Source: Antedon mediterranea (lineage: Eukaryota > Animalia > Echinodermata). From it: a stretch of DNA of 64,000 nt. This document shows positions 1-10,678 of this stretch, piece by piece. The stretch is taken from positions 33,858,437 through 33,922,436 of the forward strand of contig NC_092672.1 in the NCBI RefSeq assembly GCF_964355755.1, given 5' to 3'. Below the pieces are notes generated by a model, which was not told the DNA's origin, did no database searches, and saw nothing but the letters and a program-made list of their open reading frames with translations. Numbering within the stretch: the first letter of the stretch is position 1; every line of letters begins with the position of its first letter. The position numbers were made by a program, and so were the translations under genes.

Positions 1-535
1 TAAATAAAATTCAAATTGCATGCTTTATGTTCAAATATCATCTCCAGGAACTTCCCATCCCTATAAACAATTGATTGATTTAAACCCTAAAACTGATCGC
101 TTAAAGACATTAAGAAACGCAAATAAGAAATATATTCCACACAGTAGACTAGAAATTAATAAAAGATCAATTTTTATTGAAGGACCAACATACTGGAATA
201 AACTCCAGTCTACCCTAGAACAAAATCACATGACCTCACTCCCTAAGCTAAAGTACAATATTAAAAAGATGATATTTGAAACATATTGCTAGCTACTATT
301 GCTACTGCAAAATTGGGGTTGTAAACATTTAGCTTAATATCACTTTGTTGTGTTTGTGTTTTTTTTTTTTGTTTTTTTTTTCTGTCTCAAAATGTCATTT
401 TTTGTTAATGTAATGCGTCCGTATAATATGTTTTATGTTTATGCTTAGGACTACAAAGACAAGCCACTTTGGCTTCTGTGTATCTTAACCCATAAACTTT
501 GTAAAATATTGAATATTGAATAAATGTTGTTGTAT
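1..535 (+). mobile_element. 3' end of a CR1/L2-group LINE inserted in intron 3 of gene B1 (truncated by window start)
   Basis: ORF 20..292 ends with a typical RT C-terminal tail (LRNANKKYIPHSRLEINKRSIFIEGPTYWNKL). A T-rich 3'UTR and AATAAA (~518) follow, and host intron sequence matching the B3 intron (~52100) resumes after ~540. Confidence 0.7.
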
Positions 536-1329
536 ACTGGATAACCAATAAGCAAAACAAAGACGAAAGCCACGCTTTATTAAACTATCACTTGACTTGT
601 ATATAATGTGTAACATATATTGTAGATGAGAAATGGTTCTCGAAACTCAAATTCAAGACTCTAAGGAATCTAATTAAATGCCTTGTTATACTACGTATGC
701 TTTTCCGTAATTTTTGTGTTATTATAATATGATCATAATTATTTATTAAGAGAAATCATTAGCCTTTGTTCCCATTTGCGTCCAACGCAAAGACGTATAG
801 GCAACGTAATTGATTTGACTAATCACAAGCGATGGATTGTTCGAACTTTCGTTTGCCATTGGTCAACTCGCTTGCGTTGTGTATACGTTCTTGCGTTAAA
901 GGGAAAACGTCTGGAAACATTTGGAGTACTGAGACGAGGTAATTTTTTTTTGTAAATTTTAGTGACGGTTCTTGTGGAACTCCAATATACAGATACAACA
1001 ATACTAATAAACTGTATGAACATTACCAAGATTTGACTGGAACAAGTGATGTACAAAAAGTTGAGAATTTTAAAATAAATGGACAACTCTATATTTTGTT
1101 TGTTGCAAACAGCAGAATAGTTTACGTCTACAGATTTAACTCGCAAACAGGTAAGTGTACGCTACGTGTTGCCTATTGACAAAGAACGTATAAAAAGTGT
1201 CTTTGCTATTAGTTTGCAGTTCGATACAGATGAGGTTGGTAACCCAGTTCAACTTCAAATTAACTAAATGTATTTTGTAATTTCAACCAGTGAATTATAT
1301 AACAAAAATATGTAATATGTAAATACTGT

Positions 1330-1862
1330 ACCTCCGCCAAGGAGGTTATATTTTCACCCCTGTGTGTGTGTGTGGGTGTCTGTGTCTGCGTGTCTGAGAA
1401 CAGCCTGGAGGCCACAGTTTGTATCCGATTCTCACCAAATTTGGCCACAATAATGTATCTCTTCAACGAGTTTGACTTTGAGGGGAAAAGTTCACAACTA
1501 ACAAAAAAAACTTTTTTACTGCCTAGAGACAACAGTTTTTATCCAATTCTCACCAAACTCAGCCACAATGATCAATGACTCATCATATAATTGTGGTTAA
1601 ATTTTGAAGGTTCAGGGTCAAAGATGAAGGTCCACAAAAAAAAGAAAAAATAAACCTCAGCGGGAATTGAACCGGCGATCTCAACTGTGAGAGGCTGAAT
1701 ACATAACCATTACACCAAACTCTCATCCACAACTTTGTAGTGTGTAGTTAGCCGAATTTACATTTAGAAATAATAGAAAAAAAATGTTAATATATATATT
1801 TTTTCCGGGGACATTTTACGTAGGAGAATGTTACAGAAGGCTCCCGGAGTACCCTCTAGTTT
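1330..1862 (+). mobile_element. Non-autonomous Helentron/DINE-like element in B1 intron 4
   Basis: Starts with the ACCTCCGCCAAGGAGGT palindrome, followed by a (GT)n/GTCT microsatellite, and ends with a short hairpin-like tract plus CTAGTTTT. Absent from the equivalent B2/B3 introns. Confidence 0.55.
1655..1720 (-). pseudogene. tRNA-Glu(CTC)-like degenerate sequence (tRNA-derived, SINE-head-like)
   Basis: The minus strand reads TGGTGTAATGGTTATGTATTCAGC-CTCTCAC-AGTTGAGATCGCCGGTTCAATTCCCGCTGAGG. It shows an A-box, a CTC anticodon loop and a B-box, but the stems pair poorly. Confidence 0.5.
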
Positions 1863-4800
1863 TATTTGTTTTAGGTTTTTTTTAACAACATCAAGCGATG
1901 GCAACACATGGCGCATATGATGCATCGTATTTAGAATTGACTACAAATCATTATTTACTTGTGAATAACGGAACATCATACGAAGTGAACTCAACGGTGT
2001 ATAAATGGAATTTTACCAGTAACCTTTTCGTGGAGTATGCTCAGCTACCAAGTCATGGGTCTCTGAGTGGTAAACTATTCTCAGTCAATGGTATAATGTA
2101 CGTGGCAATAGCAAATATAAACGGAAAAGCAGCAGCAGCTCCAGAGGTTTTGGAAATAAAAGAAAACTGTAAGTGATATAAAGTTAATAATTTCTTTTCA
2201 GTTACATTATTATATAATGTACCTCATTTACGGTGACCAAATATCTAGCTTGTCTCTAATTTGTGAATGATGTATATAGCGGAAGGTGATGGTTAGTGGT
2301 GTTGCGCATTGGGTATATCAATTGACGACGTGGTGGATGCTTACGCGAGGCAAGGTACCATACATTATCAGTGAAAAATGCTAATTTATCAATTAAAATA
2401 GAGGATTTTTTTGTTATAGTTAATACAGATTTCAATAATGGCTTTGATGAATGGACTCAAGAAAATGTTGATACGTCATCAATGGGTGCGTATACAGGTT
2501 TGAGATTTTTAAAGAAATGTAGGGAATGGGACTTTACATTTCAGCCAAAAAAGCATCATATAACTTAATTCTATGTTGATTAGTTTGTTTATTTCCACAT
2601 ATATAGAGGATTGTCATTTTGGTACTGTTTTTACTGAGTTTTTGTCCAATTTCTGTTTATTTAACACAGATTTCCAGACGGGTTTCGATGGCTGGGCTCA
2701 AGATGCTAATGATGACTTTGATTGGACACGAATGAAAGGTTCAAAGCCATCAACAAACACTGTACCAGCAAACGCTGTTTCAGGTACAGCTAAGTTCGTA
2801 GGTGCTAGTATGGATTGGAGTTATTGATAATTCTATTTTATATATACAGTAAAATATTGTACTACATTTCAAAAGACCATTTTGTTTATTTCCAACATAT
2901 ATAGGTGATTATTATGTTTATATTGAAACATCAAGTTTAAGAACTCCATTGCTACCAAACGGGCGGAATGTTTCCTTATATTTCCACTATCACATGTACG
3001 GAGATACTATTGGAACACTCAACGTTTACAGAACATCGAACTTGGGGGATGAACTGTTATGGTCAAAAAGTGGTAACCAAGGAGATTCATGGCATCATGA
3101 TGGTGCAATACAATTTGCATACATTAATGATGAAGACAACTATATCGTGTTTGAAGCAATTAAAGGGATTAACGGTACTGGTGACATTGCAATTGATGAC
3201 ATTCGATGCTACGGTACATATTACTAAAATAATAATCCCAATCTGTTCTTTTGTAACCAATTTCCCCTGATACAGGTCAGGCGGCCGTAGAATAAATCTG
3301 GAAAACTAATGGAATCTTTTACACACAACGTCGTTCGTCTACGGCTTGTGCCCAGGGTGTTAGTCCAATTTCCGTTTATTTAGTATAAACAATTTTGTTT
3401 ATAGTTCTAACAGATTTCCAGACAGGTTTTGATGGCTGGGCTCAAGAAAATAATGATGGGTTTGATTGGACACGGATGAAAGGTGCAACGCCATCAATAA
3501 ACACTGGACCAACAAACGGTAATACAGGTACAGGTAAGTTCGTGCTAGTAGGGATTGGAGTTATTGATAATTCTATTTTTATACATTCAATCATTCATTC
3601 ATTTATTCAACAGTATGTAGGCCACTGGCCGAAGTACAATAATAGAAAATAATACATATTATAAAATTTAAGAAGTACTAACAGCAAAATATTTAGCTAT
3701 CTTCTTCTTGCGAAAAAGAAAATCTTACCAGGTTATTGATTACTTTTTTCTTTTTCTTTTTCATTAGTAAAATAAACTTTTTATTTGTTGGTTGATTAAA
3801 ATCAAGGTTTTAAAAAGGAGTGTCTAATTTCGTTGTAGTATGGACATACTATAACAAAGATATATTCATTTTCAACCTCGTTACATTTGCAAACTTTACA
3901 GATTCGTTTTTCCCTTTCAATTCTTGTCCATCTTCCCTTTTCGTTTTCAAAATCTAAAATTCCTAATCTTAACTACGTCATGATTTATTTAAACTTAACA
4001 TTTTCAATATCAATACGAAAATCTTCTTCTACTGTAGGCCTAGCTATCCTGCATACTACCATAATCATCACTCTAGTTTGTGCTTTTATCACCTTTTATC
4101 GATCACTAGACGAATCGGACGCTTTTTGGCCAACTGGAATCGAGACATTCACAAATGACGGTGACACTTACTTAGTAGCTGTGAATCCATTGGAATGTGC
4201 ACATACCATAATGGTGTATAGATGGGACAAGTCGTCTGAAGAATTTCAAATTCATCAACGTATTCCTGTGGAACATTGTCCCACGAGATCTACTATTTTC
4301 AAAGTAAGTACCACCCCTGTGAATCAGCCTCCTCTTTTTCACACTAATACAAAATTACAGGGTAATAAATATATAGATTGAAATACTTATACTGTACTAC
4401 TTATTTTTTTCTGGAAATTGAAAAATTGGCTCTCTAATTGGTAATCTTTGAGACTTTTTGCAGTTGTTTTCTAAATCTGTAGTATGTATATTATGTAGGC
4501 CCTACTATGTCATTGAAGATGTTCTCTATATTTACAGGTTGGCGGAGAAGTGTTTATGATAATAACCACAAGCAGAACGGAATCACGTGAGTCTGATGAC
4601 GATCTTGAACTCTATACTAGGTCATCACCAATATTTAAATTAGAAGGAGTATGTTCGTAAGTTACGGAGCCATACCATCACACGAATGTTATGATATAAT
4701 ATTTTTTGAGCGAGATGGGGAGTACTTTTTGGGTCAGTCGAATAAAAGAAATGTTAGTGGTGGCATAACTAGTCCAAGCTTCAACATATCAATGGGTGTA

Positions 4801-5792
4801 GTTGATATTGCGTCATCGCCGCCAATATTTAAACTGGATGATGGAAGTTTGTTCATATTAATTAGGGAGTCATAACGTCACTGTCTTACAACATGTTTTA
4901 ACGAGATAGAAAGGGAGTACTTTTGGAGGCAGTTCATAGAGGAGGAAATACGTGTGTGTATTTGTAGGTCCCGCTCTCCTGCCCTCTACCTTATTGAAAA
5001 ATGTAAAAAACTTATTTATCTTTGAATAAACTTAAAACCGTAACTAATTAGAAAAATTAAAAAAGTCTTGTTTTGGTTAAAACACTGTAGTATAAACTCA
5101 TGCGCCCTATGACTCTGATTTAACCTTTTTGGGGAAGCGAGTGGGAGAGAGGGAGTACCGCGTACGCGTCAACCAGAAGGAAATGAGCGTGTGCAGAAGG
5201 ACCGTTAGACTCAATAGCTGCGTAGCATGGCTCGTCGTCGAACAAAAACGAATTACGCGATAAAAAAAAAAAGGTTAAACGCTATACGTAGAATGCAAGT
5301 ATTGAGGCGGATTGTTTTTTCCCTGTATATAAACATATCGCACATAAAACCCCAAATAAATGCACGCAATTTATCATGTTAGTTTTATTATTGTTATAAG
5401 TAAAATCAACGGCAGTTTAATTACAGGATTTTTAAAATAATTTTATTTTGAACGTAACCTAATGTATCTTTCACAGAATACGCGTATATTGATATAGTGA
5501 AATTGTTTTAGACGAATATGTGTTGTAATAAATAGAAGGTTTGTTTCTGCCTTTAATCGATATTGTTCGATGTTTGTTTGACAAATTTTTATATTACTTG
5601 CTGTAGTAGTCTTGTCATGTATATGTATAAATGTATGTCTTATCAAGGTAAAAAGTGGTCAGAAATAGACAAAATAGAACTAGAATAGTATGGCTATATC
5701 CCTGTCGCTCTACATGTTGTCAACTACTTAGATGTATAACGTAACGTGATAATAAACGTAACGTGATTATACCATGGATGAAGTACGTCCTC

Positions 5793-5987
5793 TGTACTGA
5801 AGAAAGGCCCATAAACAATATATACATATACGCAAGAACTTTCTTATTTTTATTATCTTTTATTTTTACACTTCTTTCCAACCACGCTGTCGGTATTATT
5901 TTTATTTTTTTTCTATGACACGCCAAAACGGCCTTTTACACCCTATACAACAGCGCCCTCATTATTCTTTTGTTGTTCTTCAGAACA
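5793..5987 (-). repeat. 3' LTR of the BEL/Pao element (195 bp)
   Basis: Direct repeat of 12958-13130 with termini TGTACTGAAG...CTTCAGAACA. On the minus strand it is preceded by the polypurine tract GGAAGGGGAGAA (5988-5999). Confidence 0.92.
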
Positions 5988-6378
5988 TTCTCCCCTTCCT
6001 CGACATACAGTTGTTTGTCGATCCCTTTATTACAATCTCAAATAACTTCTTTTTTTTTTTTAACATAATAATAAATATCATGAAACATCATTATCAACAA
6101 AAAACCTATCACTCATATTCACTATAATTATATAACATCATTTCTATATTAAAAACTATTTTTACTGATATTAATTCACATTGAACTTGTTGATAACTCA
6201 TTTAACTTCACTGTCCTTATTTGAACATTATCCAACAATGTATAACAATTATATGATCAATTTCTACACTGTTCACTTTAACATAATTCAACTCTAAACT
6301 TATTAACACCAAAACTTAAACATTTGTGCTTCTTAATACAGTATAACACCTTTCTGTATCTTGATATTTAACATTCTT

Positions 6379-8664
6379 TTAATCAAGTATCTCTAGTGGA
6401 CACATTTTTGTAATACCTCGAATTACATCTCCATTGTTAGTTTTCACCTTAACTACCCTTACATGACCGTCTGGTCCTTTATATATTTCTCTTATCCTAC
6501 CCAATGGCCATTGACCACGTACCGTACCTTTCTGAACTGCTAATACCACTTCATCAACCCTAAGATCCCTCTTGGGTTCCCTCCGCTTTTTTCGTTGGTT
6601 CAATGCTGGTAACCACTCCCTTAACCACCTATTCCAAAAGTGTCGCATTAATTCTTGGACACGTCTCCATCGTTTCCTAGGATTAACAACTGTTGTGTCT
6701 AATATGCTCTCTGGAGCTAGATTACCTCCCATTTGACCATGTAAAAAATGGTTTGGAGTTAATGGAATTACATCCTTTACTGAGGCAGATTGATATGTTA
6801 ATGGACGTGAGTTTAATATACCTTCTGCTCCTACAAATGCAGAATGTAACTCTTCATCCGTTATATCGGCATTTCTTAATACTCCATATATAGCCCTTTT
6901 AGCAGATTTTATAAGACTTTCATGTACTCCACCAAAATGTGGGGTCATAGGTGGAATAAAACTCCACTTTATACCAGTGACCACTGTCACACTTTGAATT
7001 TTATCTTTATCTAAGGATTTTAACACTCCCTTTAATTCTCTATCAGCTCCTACAAAATTTGTCCCGTTATCAGACATCATTTCTTCGGGTTTACCCCTTC
7101 TACTGACAAATCTATGAAAAGCATTTAGAAACGTATCTGTGTCTAAACCGTACGCCATTTCCAAGTGCACGGCTCTAGAGGATAAACATGTGAACAAACA
7201 CAAATAACGTTTTGTTTGTACCTTTCCTCTACCCTGTTTAGTAAGGAAGGGACCTGCATAGTCTACTGCGACTCTAGTAGACGCCTTTAAACTTTCATTT
7301 CTAGTTCTATTCTTAGGTAATGGAGCCATTATTTGCTCCCCTTGTTTAGCTAATCTACGCCTACATCCCATACAATTTTTTTCACATTCTCTTATTTCTT
7401 CTCTAGCCGCTTGTACCCAGTACTTCTCAGATAATAATGACAGTGTATGATTTGTACCTATTACATGATTTCCTAACTCATGATACATTTTTACAATTAA
7501 TTTAGTGACATGATGTTTCCTTGGTAATATAATGGGATATCTTACATCATATGATATCGCCTCATTTAGACTTAAACGTCCATTTGCTCTAAGCAAATAA
7601 TCGGCATCCATTTGAGGATTCAATCCACTTATATTACTCTTTGTACTTAGTATTTCACCCTTACTTAATCTCTTAATTTCGTCTGAGAACTCATCACCTT
7701 GTGCCTTTTGAATTATGGCAATTTCCGAGTCCTTAACCTCATCTACATTTAATGGTCCTCTGACTTTGTCTTTTAACCTACAGTTATTTATAAAACGCAT
7801 CACATACGCAAATACACACACTAACTTATTCCAGCTAGAGTACCTTATTGGGTTTAATCTCCAGTTATCACTTTTCACTCTTGGTACCACTTTACTCAAT
7901 AACGTTTTCGTTCTTTTCTTAATCTCTATTTCATCTATCGCTTTCTCAATCTTATTTTCTGGCCATTGCATCTCACAATCACTCAAGAATTCAGGACCTC
8001 GCCACCAAAGTTCATTCTGCTGCAACTCTATAACAGTACATCCTCGCGAAGCCACATCCGCAGGGTTTAATTTAGTGGGTATATATCTCCATTGACTAGA
8101 GTTTGTTTGACCTTGTATTTCACCAATTCGATTCGCAACGAACGGCTTAAAATCTCTACTATGACCTCGAATCCACCACAATACATTCATACTGTCACCC
8201 CAAAATTTCACTTCCTTTAGTTGACATTGTAACGGATTTACAACAGATTTCGCAAGCTTTAAACCTAACATAGCTGCCATCAACTCAAGTCTCGGGATAC
8301 TCATGGATTTAAGAGGAGCTACTTTCGTTTTGGATGCGACTAATCTTACATTTCTTTTTTTAACATCGTTATCATTCTGTGACACTGAATACACAACCGC
8401 CGCATAAGCATCATTTGACGCGTCAACAAATGTATGCAACTCTTGATTCTCGCGCTCACCTGGGTTTATACACCTTTCTATTTCTATATCTTTTAATTCG
8501 CCCAAATTTGCTATCCATCGTTCTAATTTCTGACCTACATCAGGGGACAACTCTTCATCCCAGTCTAATCCATTTGCCCAAATCTCTTGCATAATTATCT
8601 TGCCTGCGACTACTACAGGAGCCAAAATCCCTAGTGGATCAAATATAGAAGCGATTCTACTCAA
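6379..8664 (-). CDS. BEL/Pao pol C-terminal part: Pao RNase H region and integrase
   Basis: Motifs SIFDPLG, LHTFVDASNDAYAAVVY, SIPRLEL, NPADVASRG, HHCC-like zinc region, DYAGP, SDNGTNF, GGVHE and LTPNHFL. Separated from the RT ORF by a frameshift near 8680. Confidence 0.9.
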   Translation of the reverse strand: MSRIASIFDPLGILAPVVVAGKIIMQEIWANGLDWDEELSPDVGQKLERWIANLGELKDIEIERCINPGERENQELHTFVDASNDAYAAVVYSVSQNDNDVKKRNVRLVASKTKVAPLKSMSIPRLELMAAMLGLKLAKSVVNPLQCQLKEVKFWGDSMNVLWWIRGHSRDFKPFVANRIGEIQGQTNSSQWRYIPTKLNPADVASRGCTVIELQQNELWWRGPEFLSDCEMQWPENKIEKAIDEIEIKKRTKTLLSKVVPRVKSDNWRLNPIRYSSWNKLVCVFAYVMRFINNCRLKDKVRGPLNVDEVKDSEIAIIQKAQGDEFSDEIKRLSKGEILSTKSNISGLNPQMDADYLLRANGRLSLNEAISYDVRYPIILPRKHHVTKLIVKMYHELGNHVIGTNHTLSLLSEKYWVQAAREEIRECEKNCMGCRRRLAKQGEQIMAPLPKNRTRNESLKASTRVAVDYAGPFLTKQGRGKVQTKRYLCLFTCLSSRAVHLEMAYGLDTDTFLNAFHRFVSRRGKPEEMMSDNGTNFVGADRELKGVLKSLDKDKIQSVTVVTGIKWSFIPPMTPHFGGVHESLIKSAKRAIYGVLRNADITDEELHSAFVGAEGILNSRPLTYQSASVKDVIPLTPNHFLHGQMGGNLAPESILDTTVVNPRKRWRRVQELMRHFWNRWLREWLPALNQRKKRREPKRDLRVDEVVLAVQKGTVRGQWPLGRIREIYKGPDGHVRVVKVKTNNGDVIRGITKMCPLEILD

Positions 8665-8666
8665 AG

Positions 8667-9869
8667 CTAATCTCTTAACTTACAGACATTAGAAGGACCA
8701 GAACCTCCTTGAAACTTAAATGCATCTTCCTCGGCTTTCCATATTAAACCTAAGGTTTTTGCAGAAGGTAACTCGTTCCCACTTAATTTGATTTCTTTAG
8801 CTCTATCTACTTCTGGTATTTTTTCCAGTACCGCTTTTGAATTTGAAACCCATTTTCTAGCACTCATACCCGCACTTCCCCATAATTCTTTAAGCTCTCT
8901 ATATAACTCTACTGCCTCTTGCTCATTTTTAACCGAGGTCATGGTATCATCCATGTAGGTAGAGTCTAAAACAGCCCGTGCTGCTAGAGGATACTCTTCA
9001 GAATTCTTTCGTGCATGTTCCTGAGTTACAAATTGAGCTAAGAATGGTGCAACATTAAGACCAAACACTAGTCGATTGAACTCATAAATTTCTGGCATCC
9101 GCTCTGTGTCTAAATCTCGCCACAAAAACCTAAGCATTTTCCTATCTTCTGGTTGCACTCCAATCTGGAGATACATTTCTACAATATCGCAAATAATCGC
9201 TACCTTTTTTTTTCTAAATCTTAATAACACATCGAATAAATCGTTCTGCAATTTAGGCCCGGGATAGATCATGTCATTCAAACATCTTCCCCCATAACGC
9301 GCCGCGGCGTCAAACACCAACCTAACTTTCGTTGTTTCCCTATCGGGTTTAACTACTGGGAAATGTGGTAGAAACCATTGATTTAGTTCTGTTAGGGATT
9401 GGTCTATTTTTCTGACATAGCCTTTGGATCTGTAATTATCTAAAACGTTTTGATAATTATTGCCTAACATCTTGTCTCTAGTTAATTTTCTTTCTAGACA
9501 CTCTAATCTCTTAAAGGCCATCTCATAATTGTTATCCATATTTATTTCTTCTTCCCGCCACGGAATATTCACACTGTATCGCCCATCAACAGCTGTCAAT
9601 GACTCTGACACTTTTTGAATCACTCTTTCATCTTCAGCTTTATATATTTTCAAATCACTTACTCCATAACTATCTACTTCCCAAAACTTCCTCATTAACT
9701 CGTCCACATCATTACTTCGTTCACTACTGGTTTTGTAAGTATTCACATGTAGTGATGTTGTTCGCCAACTTCTACTCAAAGGACCAACACACGTCCAACC
9801 TAACGGTGTTCTTCTCGCAACAGGTTCTCCCCACATTTCTCTTCTAATGCTGTATGTAACTCTGGACAA
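8667..9869 (-). CDS. BEL/Pao reverse transcriptase region
   Basis: Motifs RTPLGW, FLPHFPV, KVRLVFDA, DIVEMYLQI, FGLNVAPF and STYMDD. Confidence 0.9.
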   Translation of the reverse strand: MSRVTYSIRREMWGEPVARRTPLGWTCVGPLSRSWRTTSLHVNTYKTSSERSNDVDELMRKFWEVDSYGVSDLKIYKAEDERVIQKVSESLTAVDGRYSVNIPWREEEINMDNNYEMAFKRLECLERKLTRDKMLGNNYQNVLDNYRSKGYVRKIDQSLTELNQWFLPHFPVVKPDRETTKVRLVFDAAARYGGRCLNDMIYPGPKLQNDLFDVLLRFRKKKVAIICDIVEMYLQIGVQPEDRKMLRFLWRDLDTERMPEIYEFNRLVFGLNVAPFLAQFVTQEHARKNSEEYPLAARAVLDSTYMDDTMTSVKNEQEAVELYRELKELWGSAGMSARKWVSNSKAVLEKIPEVDRAKEIKLSGNELPSAKTLGLIWKAEEDAFKFQGGSGPSNVCKLRD

Positions 9870-10678
9870 TCCACTCCAATCAGTAAATCTATCTCTTTTC
9901 TCTGACTACTTATCACAGGAAATTCTATGTCTCTCAAATGATCCCAATCCTTACTAACACTACTCCAATCTGACGCTTCTAGTCTACCAGTAACATCACT
10001 TATAGTCACTGCATTCACTTTAAATTTTTTAGATCCATCCAACGGTAATACAAATATCTCAACTGGCTTAGTCACAAATCTTTCTTCCTTACCACTTAAC
10101 AAACTCACTACCATCTCTTCTGTTACTCCACTGAGACCCAACTCTCCACATAACTCTTCATTAACATATGTCTGAGTACTACCATCATCTAATAATGCAT
10201 TCACCTCTATTCTTTTCTTTCCATTACTAACTATGATTGGTATGGTTCGCAAAGCAATAGATTGGTTTTTACTTAACAATGTAGTGTTTGTCCCTGTTTC
10301 TGTTTTAGTTACTTTACGCTCCCCTTCCCTGGCAACTCCTACCTCTACAGTTTCAAAATTACTTTCCTTTTTTACTTTTTCTCTATGTAACAACCTATTA
10401 TGGTCATTCTTACATCCATTTATACCACAGGACATAACCCGTTTACAATCAACTGCCCTATGTTTACATAGACACTTAAAGCACATTGTTTCCCTATCGG
10501 GTTTAACTACTGGGAAATGTGGTAGAAACCATTGATTTAGTTCTGTTAGGGATTGGTCTATTTTTCTGACATAGCCTTTGGATCTGTAATTATCTAAAAC
10601 GTTTTGATAATTATTGCCTAACATCTTGTCTCTAGTTAATTTTCTTTCTAGACACTCTAATCTCTTAAAGGCCATCAT
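9800..10678 (-). CDS. Chimeric duplicated RT fragment / zinc knuckle / aspartic protease segment of the BEL element
   Basis: The translation re-uses segments of both neighbouring ORFs (AFKRLECLE...PDRET joined to CFKCLCKH...LLDDGS). Confidence 0.8.
   Translation of the reverse strand: MMAFKRLECLERKLTRDKMLGNNYQNVLDNYRSKGYVRKIDQSLTELNQWFLPHFPVVKPDRETMCFKCLCKHRAVDCKRVMSCGINGCKNDHNRLLHREKVKKESNFETVEVGVAREGERKVTKTETGTNTTLLSKNQSIALRTIPIIVSNGKKRIEVNALLDDGSTQTYVNEELCGELGLSGVTEEMVVSLLSGKEERFVTKPVEIFVLPLDGSKKFKVNAVTISDVTGRLEASDWSSVSKDWDHLRDIEFPVISSQRKEIDLLIGVDCPELHTALEEKCGENLLREEHR

Larger units (their letters stand above)
963..4801 (+). pseudogene. B1: 3' part of a subtype-B PAN-EGF-EAR/MAM gene, pseudogenised
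   Basis: Exons: EAR 963-1150, EAR 1875-2168, mini-exon 2420-2485, MAM-a ~2670-2783, MAM-b 2905-~3213, MAM-a 3405-~3530 (its b half is missing), EAR 4110-4303, last exon 4538-4801. Lesions versus B2/B3: GAA>TAA at 1883-1885, 1-nt deletion ~4646 (gaaggagt vs gaagggagt), 2-nt deletion ~4790. Confidence 0.85.

Noticed and set aside
1655-1720. Functional tRNA gene
   Set aside because: The acceptor and anticodon stems pair poorly, and it lies within a repeat element.
1898-4875. Treating the many short ORF-track entries as separate small genes
   Set aside because: They are exons of multi-exon genes read through into introns. GT-AG boundaries and phases join them.
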